Below, in pieces: positions 1-8,719 of a DNA stretch of 64,000 nucleotides. The DNA comes from Treponema sp. (GTDB lineage Bacteria > Spirochaetota > Spirochaetia > Treponematales > Treponemataceae). The stretch spans positions 80,965 to 144,964 of the forward strand of contig JAFYZU010000010.1 of NCBI GenBank assembly GCA_017548565.1, given 5' to 3'. The notes under the pieces are model-generated. The model had not been told where the DNA came from and ran no database searches. It saw only the letters and a list, made by a program, of their open reading frames with translations. The stretch's first letter is position 1. The number at the start of each line of letters is the position of its first letter. The position numbers and the translations under genes were made by a program.

Positions 1-1262
1 CATGTAATGAAACTAATGATAAATATAAACAGGCAATAAAACGTGAAATTCCTATTTATTCCAGAAACAATGATATTCGTTCTGAATTCGAAAGGGATTA
101 CACAAGACTTTTACATTGTGAAGCCTACCGGAGATTAAAGCATAAAACCCAGGTATTTTTTGCACCTCACAATGACCATATCTGCACAAGGATGGAGCAC
201 GTCGGTCACGTTGCATCGGTTGCATCTACAATTTCAAAATATCTGGGGCTCAACGAACAGCTTGCAGTCGCAATTGCAACCGGCCATGATATAGGACACG
301 CACCGTTCGGTCATCATGGAGAAAACTGTCTTAACAATCTTCTTGAACAGAAGGAAGGTACAAACGCACCCAAAAAATTCTGGCACGAAAGGAACAGTCT
401 GTTTTTTGCTGATTTTATAGAAGCACTACCCGATCCCGACGGAGTTGAACAGCCCTTGAATCTTACTTATGCAGTACGTGACGGTCTAATCTGCCATTGC
501 GGTGAAATTGACCAGCAGGGAATCATTCCTCGTGATCATGCAATAGATTTGTATTCAATGAAACGCCCCGGCCTCACCCAGCCTTTTACATGGGAAGGTT
601 GCGTCGTAAAGATTGCAGATAAAATTGCATATTTAGGAAGGGATTTGGAAGATGCACGTGAATACTCAATAATTGACATGTCGTCTTATCGTCAGCTTCG
701 TGAAATTGTAGGTTCAACTCTTGGATTTGAACACAAAGGTGCACATGCACTTCGAAGCGGAAAAGCAATAAATACAACTGTATTAATCAATGATTTAATC
801 GTTGATTTATGTGAACAAAGCTCACCGGAAAAAGGACTCTGTTTTTCAGATCAATATTTTAACTTTATTCTTGAGCTTAAAAAATTCAATTTTGCAAATA
901 TTTACAATCACTGGAGACTTTCTGAATTTGCAATCTATGCAGAAAATATAATCAAAACACTTTTCCGAACACTGCAGAAAGCACAGATTTACGCAAAAAA
1001 CGGACGTGTTGCCCAGATTTTTAAAACATATCCGAAATTATGTTCAACCTTTGAAGACTGGCTTATAAAGCATTCAAATTACAGGGCCTGGTCTACAGAA
1101 AAACACAGTTTTATCGATAAAAAAACTATCCTTCATTACAATACACCGGTTGTTTTCGATATAAATGATAATGAAAGTTATACTAAATGCATAATTGAAT
1201 TTATTTCAGGTATGACAGATCAGTTTGCCATCCAGGTGTACGAAGAGATTATTACATTTTAA
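1..1262 (+). CDS. dgt: dGTP triphosphohydrolase (HD domain), 5'-truncated by the window edge
   Basis: The frame is open from position 3, upstream of the ORF-track start at 192, and encodes FERDYTRLLHCEAYRRLKHKTQVF and TRMEH. Downstream are GHDIGHAPFGHHGE, ADKIAY and a C-terminal FISGMTD, all typical of Dgt. Confidence 0.9.
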   Translation, partial: CNETNDKYKQAIKREIPIYSRNNDIRSEFERDYTRLLHCEAYRRLKHKTQVFFAPHNDHICTRMEHVGHVASVASTISKYLGLNEQLAVAIATGHDIGHAPFGHHGENCLNNLLEQKEGTNAPKKFWHERNSLFFADFIEALPDPDGVEQPLNLTYAVRDGLICHCGEIDQQGIIPRDHAIDLYSMKRPGLTQPFTWEGCVVKIADKIAYLGRDLEDAREYSIIDMSSYRQLREIVGSTLGFEHKGAHALRSGKAINTTVLINDLIVDLCEQSSPEKGLCFSDQYFNFILELKKFNFANIYNHWRLSEFAIYAENIIKTLFRTLQKAQIYAKNGRVAQIFKTYPKLCSTFEDWLIKHSNYRAWSTEKHSFIDKKTILHYNTPVVFDINDNESYTKCIIEFISGMTDQFAIQVYEEIITF

Positions 1263-1278
1263 ATTTCTAAAGGGATGA

Positions 1279-1548
1279 TTATACTCTGTGCATTGAGCTG
1301 AATACCTTTTCGTTCATTACGTTGATTTCAACACCTAAGGTTTCAGCCATATTTAGAAGCTCATTTCTAAGCTCATCTATCGTTATATCAGCTTTATCCA
1401 GTTCAACCATCATCATCATTACAAAATTTCCAGAAAGAATTGTCTGTGTAATATCTGCAATATTGATATTATGATCAGAAAGAAATTTTGTAACTCCTGC
1501 AATAATTCCGACTTTATCTGAACCTACAACAGTAATAATAGCTTTCAT
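1279..1548 (-). CDS. Stand-alone ACT domain protein (UPF0237-like)
   Basis: 89 aa with ITVVGSDKVGIIA and NIADITQT; SD CAGGAG upstream. Confidence 0.88.
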   Translation of the reverse strand: MKAIITVVGSDKVGIIAGVTKFLSDHNINIADITQTILSGNFVMMMMVELDKADITIDELRNELLNMAETLGVEINVMNEKVFSSMHRV

Positions 1549-1568
1549 TTATATCTCCTGAAATTCAA

Positions 1569-2561
1569 TTAAAAATTATTTCCTAAGGTTGCTGCAATTA
1601 CAGCCTTGATTGTATGCATTCTGTTTTCTGCTTCATCAAAAACTACAGACTGACTGCTTTCGAAAACTTCATCTGTAACTTCCATTGAATCAAGTCCAAA
1701 CTTCTGCCCTATTTCCTTACCGATTTTTGTATTCAAATCATGAAAAGACGGAAGATCATGCATGAAAATTGCAGTTTTCTTTGCTTTTTCCATAACTGAT
1801 TTATTTACCTGATAAGGTTTTAAATCTTTTATTCGCTTTGCCCAGACTTCATCAGGTTCACCCATGCTTACCCAGACATCCGTGTATATAATATCTGCAT
1901 CCTTTGCCGCTTTATCGATGCTTTCTTCCAGCGCGATTGAAGCACCGCTTTGTTTACACCATTGGCTGCACTCCTGTACAAGCTCTGCTGAAGGGAAATA
2001 CTCTGACGGAGCACATAAAGTCAGGTTAATTCCAACCTTTGAACACGCAATGCAAAGTGAATTACCGATATTATAACGTGCATCTCCAAAATAAACTAAT
2101 TTAAGGCCTTTAAGTTTTCCAAAATGTTCACGTATTGTAAGAAGGTCTGCGAGCATCTGCGTAGGATGATATTCGTTTGTGAGTCCGTTCCATACAACTT
2201 TTCCTGAATATGATGCAAGGTCTTCAACGATTTTCTGTTCAAATCCGCGGTATTCAATTCCGTCAAACATTCTTCCCAAAACCCTGGCAGTATCGGCAAT
2301 GCTTTCTTTTTTACCGATCTGGGAGCCCTCAGCAAGATATGTAGTACAGATTCCAAGATCATGAGCTGCAACTTCAAAAGCACATCGTGTTCTAGTACTT
2401 GTCTTTTCAAAAATAAGGGCAATGTTTTTTCCGCGATGAATGTCTACAGGAATTCCTTTCTTTTTCTTTTCTTTCAAATCTGCAGCAAGATCAAGCAGGC
2501 CGATAATCTCATCCTGTGTAAAATCTTTTAATGTAAGAAAACTTCTGCCTTTTAAATCCAT
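1569..2561 (-). CDS. argF: Ornithine carbamoyltransferase
   Basis: STRTR carbamoyl-phosphate motif, HPTQ and DVWVSMG present; the HCLP motif reads HDLP. Confidence 0.9.
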   Translation of the reverse strand: MDLKGRSFLTLKDFTQDEIIGLLDLAADLKEKKKKGIPVDIHRGKNIALIFEKTSTRTRCAFEVAAHDLGICTTYLAEGSQIGKKESIADTARVLGRMFDGIEYRGFEQKIVEDLASYSGKVVWNGLTNEYHPTQMLADLLTIREHFGKLKGLKLVYFGDARYNIGNSLCIACSKVGINLTLCAPSEYFPSAELVQECSQWCKQSGASIALEESIDKAAKDADIIYTDVWVSMGEPDEVWAKRIKDLKPYQVNKSVMEKAKKTAIFMHDLPSFHDLNTKIGKEIGQKFGLDSMEVTDEVFESSQSVVFDEAENRMHTIKAVIAATLGNNF

Positions 2562-2612
2562 GTTATTTTCCTTTTTAATAAAGCATTATAATAACAGATT
2601 TATATAAAAAGG

Positions 2613-3281
2613 TTAAGCAGAGATTACATTTAATTTTATATAATCACACATATCTTTAAGGGAACTGCAGACCGCTAAACACATTTTTTCGAGTTCTGAA
2701 TCAGGCTGTATCATATCGGGAACCATAATTACGTTTAATCCTGCATTGAATGCGCTTTTTATACCATTTGGGCTGTCTTCAACGGCAATACATTCCTCTG
2801 GTTTAAATCCGATTTTTTCACATGCAATCCTGTAAATTTCGGGATCCGGTTTACTATGAACGACCATATCTCCGGTAACAATTTTTTCAAAAAAACCGAT
2901 TACCCCTGCAGAAGTTAATTGCCTTTCGACAGTTTTTTTTGCAGTTGAAGATGCAAGGGCCAGCTTAAAATGTCCTTTTAAAAAATCAAGTGATTCAGTA
3001 ACATAAGGAAGAAGAGGAATTCCCGATGAAAATTCAATTTCCCTGAAATATTCACCTGTAAGCGATAAAAACTCATCTACATCGAAATCATCACCATAAT
3101 AGTCTTTTAAAAGAATAACAGTATCATCATAATTAGTTCCGCGGCATTTATTGATGATCTGATCAGATGTTTTTTTTAACTTAAGTGTTTCTGCGGCTTT
3201 CTGCCAGGTAATGTCACTTATTCTTTCTGAATCAAGGATTACCCCGTCCATATCGAAAATTAATGCTTTTATTTTACACAT
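2613..3281 (-). CDS. HAD family phosphatase (beta-phosphoglucomutase-like)
   Basis: FDMDGV, KPDPEIY and EDSPNG motifs; SD GGAG lies inside the end of the kinase gene (13-nt overlap). Confidence 0.9.
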   Translation of the reverse strand: MCKIKALIFDMDGVILDSERISDITWQKAAETLKLKKTSDQIINKCRGTNYDDTVILLKDYYGDDFDVDEFLSLTGEYFREIEFSSGIPLLPYVTESLDFLKGHFKLALASSTAKKTVERQLTSAGVIGFFEKIVTGDMVVHSKPDPEIYRIACEKIGFKPEECIAVEDSPNGIKSAFNAGLNVIMVPDMIQPDSELEKMCLAVCSSLKDMCDYIKLNVISA

Positions 3282-4918
3282 TTTAACTCCGATGAAATAT
3301 AAAGAACGTCCTGATACCAGTCAATTAAAAGTGAAAAATATTCTTCTCTGTACCCTTCGCAATTTACCTTGATTTTCCATACAGTACCTGTTTTTATTTC
3401 TGATAAAGGTATCTTTTTTATATCAACCCATTTTCCGCCGTAATTCATCGTGATTTTTGATTTATCGGTAATATCTTCACCAGTCTGACTGTCCTGAACA
3501 AAGGTTTTTATTTCAAGATTACGTTTTGCATTTTTGAGAAGATTGCATTTAAGTGTCTGACGCGGATGATCTACAGTAAACGACTTCCACCAGATATATG
3601 GTCCTGCGACAACCTTTACACGATAATCTCCGTGCTTCAGAAAAACATCGGTCGTATCATAAGTCACGTTTTTGGAAGTATCGCTTATTACTTCGATCGA
3701 TGGCTTTTTGAAAAGATGATCGAATTTTCTCGAGCCTTTTACCGCAAAAATCCTGTCAGAATTCTTTACCTCAGGAATATCCTTGTTATCGTTTTCAAAG
3801 AAAAATGCTTTTACTGGAAGATCGAGATTTGTCGCCAGTGCCCTTGGTATTTCAATTTCTATATTAATAGGTGTATATTTTTTGCGTAAAACAGTCCTGT
3901 GGAAAAATCCGATTTTTAAAAGACCGAAAAATGTTGCAGCCGCAAGAATTACAATCCCTGAAATCAATGCAACCCTTTTTTGAATCCTGTCTTTAGGTAA
4001 AATTTCAGGATAATTATACATTTTAGACGCAATTACTGATTTTGCTATCTGTACCCTTATTTCATGAGTATCGTAATGACTTAAATATCTTTTTACGCGT
4101 CGTAAAACCCTGTCGATATTCTTTGGTCTTGACGAAGCCTTTGGTTTTATCATCCAGTTGATGAGCCGTTCAAGACTTCTCGGAATAGATTTATCGATTA
4201 ATCTTGGTTTAATGTATTTTCCTTTTTTTATTGTCTTGAGAGTTTCAAGCGTAAATGTTCCCGGGTAAGGTTTTGTTCCGGTAAGCATTTCATAAAGCAT
4301 GATTCCAAGAGCATAAATATCTGCACGACGGTCAACTGCCGCACTGTTCTCAAACTGTTCCGGAGGCATATAAGCCGGAGTTCCAAGAGCAATTCCTGTT
4401 TTTGTAAGAGCTTCCTCCTGCTCCTGTGAATCACTTGCAATACCAAAATCGGCAAGCTTTATTTCACCTCTCTTTGAAATCAATATATTGCCTGGTTTTA
4501 TATCCCTGTGAACTATTTCATTTGAATGAGCATATTTAAGGGCATAACATGCGTCCTGCATAAAAAGCATTGCTACAGGATGAGGTAAAGAAGTCTGTTT
4601 CTGAATAAGCTTGTCTAATGACATACCGTCCACAAGCTCTTCAACCATAAATCTGTAGCTTCCTTCGGTAAAATAATCAAAAAGATGGACGATATAAGGA
4701 CTTTGTAAATCAAGAAGAATCTGTGCTTCTTTCTTAAAACGGCTTGCATCTGCTCCTTTCCTGTTTGACATCTTTTTTATAACTACATATCGTTTCAACG
4801 AAGGATGAATTGCTTTATAAACGACACCCATTCCGCCCTTTGCAATTACACCAAGAACCTTATATTTACCGATCATTGAAGGGCAATCTGCCTTTACCGT
4901 CTGTTCCGTTTCTTTCAT
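3269..4918 (-). CDS. Hanks-type Ser/Thr protein kinase with one TM helix and a C-terminal extracytoplasmic domain
   Basis: GGMGVVY, VIK, HRDIKPGN, DFG, GTPAYMPPE and DIYALG motifs; hydrophobic segment RVALISGIVILAAATFFGLL. Confidence 0.95.
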   Translation of the reverse strand: MKETEQTVKADCPSMIGKYKVLGVIAKGGMGVVYKAIHPSLKRYVVIKKMSNRKGADASRFKKEAQILLDLQSPYIVHLFDYFTEGSYRFMVEELVDGMSLDKLIQKQTSLPHPVAMLFMQDACYALKYAHSNEIVHRDIKPGNILISKRGEIKLADFGIASDSQEQEEALTKTGIALGTPAYMPPEQFENSAAVDRRADIYALGIMLYEMLTGTKPYPGTFTLETLKTIKKGKYIKPRLIDKSIPRSLERLINWMIKPKASSRPKNIDRVLRRVKRYLSHYDTHEIRVQIAKSVIASKMYNYPEILPKDRIQKRVALISGIVILAAATFFGLLKIGFFHRTVLRKKYTPINIEIEIPRALATNLDLPVKAFFFENDNKDIPEVKNSDRIFAVKGSRKFDHLFKKPSIEVISDTSKNVTYDTTDVFLKHGDYRVKVVAGPYIWWKSFTVDHPRQTLKCNLLKNAKRNLEIKTFVQDSQTGEDITDKSKITMNYGGKWVDIKKIPLSEIKTGTVWKIKVNCEGYREEYFSLLIDWYQDVLYISSELKCVK

Positions 4919-5925
4919 GAATTTACCTCGTAAATATCTTTTTCTGGATCAAATATTTTATTTTTTGAAACAATTGCAACATTCTGTTCAAGAGGATTAT
5001 GTATCTGAACAAATTTTCCATTTTGTCTTAAGCTGTATTTTCCATTTACCGGTCTGTGTCCTGCAAAATAAAATGCATCTGATGCTGACTTTTTACCAAG
5101 AAGATTTTCAAGGACAGGCTGCACAGTATTATCCTTTACCTGACCGTTCCTGGTCCATATTAAACCGAATACAGTTTCCGGATCTTCTCGTGCATTAATC
5201 AGTTCTTTTCTTGTAAATGGTTTTGACGGTTCTGCATGCGATATTACACAGTTTTTTGCAGAAACAATCAGCGGAAGGGACTGTTCATAAAATGATATTA
5301 AAAAAAGGATGTCGTCACCATAATATTCAGAAATAAACATTTTTACCATCTGCCCTTCTTCTGCATATTTACAGAAAGCATAATCTCCGTTGGCAGTTTC
5401 ATTCAGAATATTTTCGTGATTACCCTTGATAAAATGAAAATTTTCAGGATAATCGCATTTTAATTTCATGATTGCCGTGAGTGTCGAAAAACATTCTGTC
5501 ATTTCGGCTTTCATTTCCGGACCGGTAAAATTATTTTCATAAAATTCATCTTCTATTTTTTTCCATCTTTCTCCGGTATGCTCAGTATGTATTGCATCGC
5601 CGACACAGACTATATATATCAGTTTTTTTTCAAGTGCTTCCTTTACTGACATATCTTTGTTTTTAAGGATTTTATTACCGGGCTTGAATTTTAAAAGATT
5701 GAGTAAAAAAGACGGACGGGCATGTAAATCAGGAACAATTATTACAGGTATATCATCCTTAAGCTCGAGAAGCGCACCCGGATTTCCTGACTCATCCTTT
5801 GGACGATATTCGGGATTTTCTGCTTCAAGAACTTCAGAAACATTATTAACAAGAGAAAATAAAAAATCATGAGAAGGAAGCTCTTTGTTTTCAAGAAGCT
5901 CTTCAATCGTAAAATCTTTATCCAT
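4915..5925 (-). CDS. Calcineurin-like (PPP-type) metallophosphoesterase
   Basis: DLH, GDAIH, GNHE, SHAE and GH motifs; 4-nt overlap with the kinase start. Confidence 0.88.
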   Translation of the reverse strand: MDKDFTIEELLENKELPSHDFLFSLVNNVSEVLEAENPEYRPKDESGNPGALLELKDDIPVIIVPDLHARPSFLLNLLKFKPGNKILKNKDMSVKEALEKKLIYIVCVGDAIHTEHTGERWKKIEDEFYENNFTGPEMKAEMTECFSTLTAIMKLKCDYPENFHFIKGNHENILNETANGDYAFCKYAEEGQMVKMFISEYYGDDILFLISFYEQSLPLIVSAKNCVISHAEPSKPFTRKELINAREDPETVFGLIWTRNGQVKDNTVQPVLENLLGKKSASDAFYFAGHRPVNGKYSLRQNGKFVQIHNPLEQNVAIVSKNKIFDPEKDIYEVNS

Positions 5926-5928
5926 CTG

Positions 5929-6273
5929 TTACGAAATTACCAGATTCATATTTCCTATGGTAATTTTGTCTCCGGGATTAAGCTTTACGTATTTTTCCGG
6001 CGGAATTCTGTTGCCGTTTAAGAAAGTACCGTTGGTCGAATGTTCATCCTTTATAAAATAAACATCCTTGATTTTCTGAATGATAGCGTGCCGTCTGCTT
6101 GCAAGTTTATTATCAACGACAACATCATTGTCAGATTCGCGGCCAATTGTAATTTTTGCTACAAGCTCAATTTTTTTTCTGTTGAACATAAGATAGCTGG
6201 CAGGTTTTTCTGCACCAAAAGAATTGAGCTGCATTCCAACCGGTGATTTAGATTGTATTGTTTCATTACTCAT
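5929..6273 (-). CDS. Stand-alone FHA domain protein
   Basis: IGR, SRRH and STNGT, the conserved phosphothreonine-binding residues. Confidence 0.93.
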   Translation of the reverse strand: MSNETIQSKSPVGMQLNSFGAEKPASYLMFNRKKIELVAKITIGRESDNDVVVDNKLASRRHAIIQKIKDVYFIKDEHSTNGTFLNGNRIPPEKYVKLNPGDKITIGNMNLVIS

Positions 6274-6279
6274 ATTTTA

Positions 6280-6308
6280 ATTATATATCTGATTTTTCAA
6301 CTTTTCAA
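6280..6308 (-). promoter_or_regulatory. Sigma70-type promoter of the FHA operon, leaderless geometry
   Basis: TTGAAA (6308-6303), 17 nt, TATAAT (6285-6280), 6 nt, ATG; no SD. Confidence 0.7.
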
Positions 6309-6317
6309 ATTTTTTAA

Positions 6318-7472
6318 TTAAAGTGATGAATAAACGATGTTTTTCATCTTTCGCGTCAGTTCCCATGTTCCGGCATCTGTTTTCTGCATGAGCATTACAA
6401 TCACAAGAGAATTTTTCAAATCTACGCTCATATAAGGACCAAGCCATCCGTCCCAGCCGAATTCTCCGTTTTCGGTCAAAGAAAAGCATTCACCCTTTTT
6501 CACTGCTACCCTCATAAGATTACAATAAGTGTATCCTGCAAAATGAGGCATTCTCATTTCGAATTTTTCCTGAAGCTTCAATGGTAAATGAGCCGATGAA
6601 AGATATTCGACTGTTTTTTTCTGTAGGATTCGCTTTGAATTATATTTACCGCCGTTTACAAGCATAAGGCAGAATTTTAAATAATCATCTATCGTGGAAC
6701 ACAAACCGGCTCCTCCGCTTTCGAAGGATGGAGCATGATCCATAAACGGTTGAATGCCAAGATTCGGCTTTTCAAATTTAACAGGGTTTGTAATCCCGTC
6801 GCATTTATAAACGGATGAAAGACGATGCTGTTTTTCCTGCGGCACATAAAAATCTGTATCGTTCATACCAAGCGGAATAAAGATTTCTTTTTTAAGAAAA
6901 TCACTGAATTTCATACCGCTTACAATTTCTATAACTGCTCCAAGAATATCAGCAGAAAGACCGTATGCATAATCTGTGCCAGGGCAAAAGGATGGTTCAA
7001 TGCGGGAAAGCTCTTCTGCTATATCAAGAGTTGATATAGAAGATTTTTTCATACAGTCTTCGTTTAATTTTTGAATAAGAACAGATGTCTGTTTTTCACC
7101 TTCCGTTGAATCATCATTAAATGTACCGTAAGTATAACCGCTTGTCATATTAAGAAGGTCCTGTACGGTAATTATATATTTTTGATTTTTAAAAGACGTA
7201 ATGAATGATGAAATATCTGCCTTTAAATCAAGAAGTCCACGTTCAATTAAAATCCATGCAGCAACTGCAGTAACAGGCTTACTCATTGAATATAAACGAC
7301 AGATTGTACCGCGATTAAAGAGTTTTTTATTTTCGATATCGGCAAAACCAGCCTGCCAGTATCCTGTCTCTTTATTATCCTTTACTACGACACAGTTTAC
7401 TCCTGCTACATTGTTATTTCTTACTGCATCATCAAAAACCTTCTGTAAATTACCAAGATGTTTAAAATCCAT
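6318..7472 (-). CDS. Serine hydrolase, beta-lactamase/class C-like family (esterase or amidase)
   Basis: SMSK (SxxK), YAY, GGAGLCST and WDGWLG; no signal peptide. Confidence 0.88.
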   Translation of the reverse strand: MDFKHLGNLQKVFDDAVRNNNVAGVNCVVVKDNKETGYWQAGFADIENKKLFNRGTICRLYSMSKPVTAVAAWILIERGLLDLKADISSFITSFKNQKYIITVQDLLNMTSGYTYGTFNDDSTEGEKQTSVLIQKLNEDCMKKSSISTLDIAEELSRIEPSFCPGTDYAYGLSADILGAVIEIVSGMKFSDFLKKEIFIPLGMNDTDFYVPQEKQHRLSSVYKCDGITNPVKFEKPNLGIQPFMDHAPSFESGGAGLCSTIDDYLKFCLMLVNGGKYNSKRILQKKTVEYLSSAHLPLKLQEKFEMRMPHFAGYTYCNLMRVAVKKGECFSLTENGEFGWDGWLGPYMSVDLKNSLVIVMLMQKTDAGTWELTRKMKNIVYSSL

Positions 7473-8619
7473 TTATTAATCCCCGTTTCAATTTATATGA
7501 TATTATCCTTCGTAAGCTTTCATTAAATCTATATTCAGTTATTTTTCCGGTTAAAACTGCATTTTTCAAGGCATCAAAAGCATTTTTGTAATCAAGAGGC
7601 ATCAGAATCATATCTGCACCTGCAATAAATGCGGCAACGGCACTTTCACCGCTTGTATAATTATTAACGATAGCCTTCATAATCATTGAATCTGTAATGA
7701 TTATATTTTTGTATTTTAATTCCTTCCGCAATTTATTTGTAATAAGCTCATACGACACGGTTGCCGGAAGATCATTTCCCGTAACCTCAGGACACGAAAT
7801 ATGACCGGTCATAATAAAATCCGCATCCTGATTTATTGCCATTTTAAAGGGTATTATTTCGCATTTGAGCATCTGATTCCATGTTTTATAGGAAAAAGCC
7901 TGACCTGCATGAGAATCAGATAATGTATCGCCATGACCGGGAAAATGTTTAAAACATCCGTCAACTCCAGAAACTCTAAGTCCCTTATACATATTCACGC
8001 AGAATTTACCTGCCTTTTCCGGTTCGGTACTATAAGCTCTCGGACCAATTACAGTATTATATTTGTTTGTAAAAACATCTGCGACAGGTGCAAAATCTAC
8101 ATCAATTCCATATTCCTTAAGATAAGAGCCTATCGTTTCACCTATTTCATGTGCCTTGTTTTCAGGATCATCTGCATTTTTCATCTCTTTTAATATTTCA
8201 TCGAATTTGATTTCTTCAAAATCAGGATTATTGGCAATCCGTGCGACAGAACCGCCTTCCTCGTCAATAAAAACAAGCGGTGTCATATCAGAAAGAGAAT
8301 GGAGCTCACCATTTAATTTTTTAAGCTGATTTTTATTCTTCAGGTTTTTATTAAAAAGAACAAATCCACCCGCAGGATATTTTTCATAAAATTCACGCAT
8401 TTTTTCATTTACAGAAAGCTTGCCGTATTCTGAATAACTGTTTATCTGATCGTTTGTGTAACTTTCATCGAGTGCTTCAGGTTTAATTACAAAAAACTGC
8501 CCTATTTTCTGTTCAAGGCTCATGGAAGCAATAATCTGTTCAAGGAGAATGCTTTTTGAGTTATTCGAAAGAGAAAGAAATAATAATGAGCCAAATAATA
8601 TAAAAGCAATTTTTTTCAT
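7462..8619 (-). CDS. nagZ: GH3 beta-N-acetylglucosaminidase (NagZ-type), exported
   Basis: KHFPGHGDTLSDSH NagZ signature, DEEGG, FAPVAD and ITDSM; N-terminal hydrophobic signal. ATG at 8619 preferred over TTG at 8622. Confidence 0.85.
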   Translation of the reverse strand: MKKIAFILFGSLLFLSLSNNSKSILLEQIIASMSLEQKIGQFFVIKPEALDESYTNDQINSYSEYGKLSVNEKMREFYEKYPAGGFVLFNKNLKNKNQLKKLNGELHSLSDMTPLVFIDEEGGSVARIANNPDFEEIKFDEILKEMKNADDPENKAHEIGETIGSYLKEYGIDVDFAPVADVFTNKYNTVIGPRAYSTEPEKAGKFCVNMYKGLRVSGVDGCFKHFPGHGDTLSDSHAGQAFSYKTWNQMLKCEIIPFKMAINQDADFIMTGHISCPEVTGNDLPATVSYELITNKLRKELKYKNIIITDSMIMKAIVNNYTSGESAVAAFIAGADMILMPLDYKNAFDALKNAVLTGKITEYRFNESLRRIISYKLKRGLINGF

Positions 8620-8626
8620 CAATATG

Positions 8627-8654
8627 ATAATATCATTTTTTTGATTTTATACAA
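8627..8654 (-). promoter_or_regulatory. Probable nagZ promoter, leaderless geometry
   Basis: TTGTAT, 16 nt, TATTAT (8632-8627) with TG extension, 7 nt before the ATG. Confidence 0.5.
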
Positions 8655-8662
8655 ATAAAAAA

Positions 8663-8691
8663 TTGTCAAATACATTAAAATCAGTTATAAT
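8663..8691 (+). promoter_or_regulatory. Sigma70-type promoter of the discoidin-like/VanW/GT-C operon
   Basis: TTGTCA (8663-8668), 17 nt, TATAAT (8686-8691); SD AGAGGA before the ATG at 8720. Confidence 0.7.
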
Positions 8692-8719
8692 AAAATATCA
8701 ATATATCAAGAGGATTGAA

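Noticed and set aside
6318-7472. Class C beta-lactamase resistance gene
   Set aside because: It has no signal peptide or KTG motif, and its motifs fit the esterase/amidase branch of the fold.
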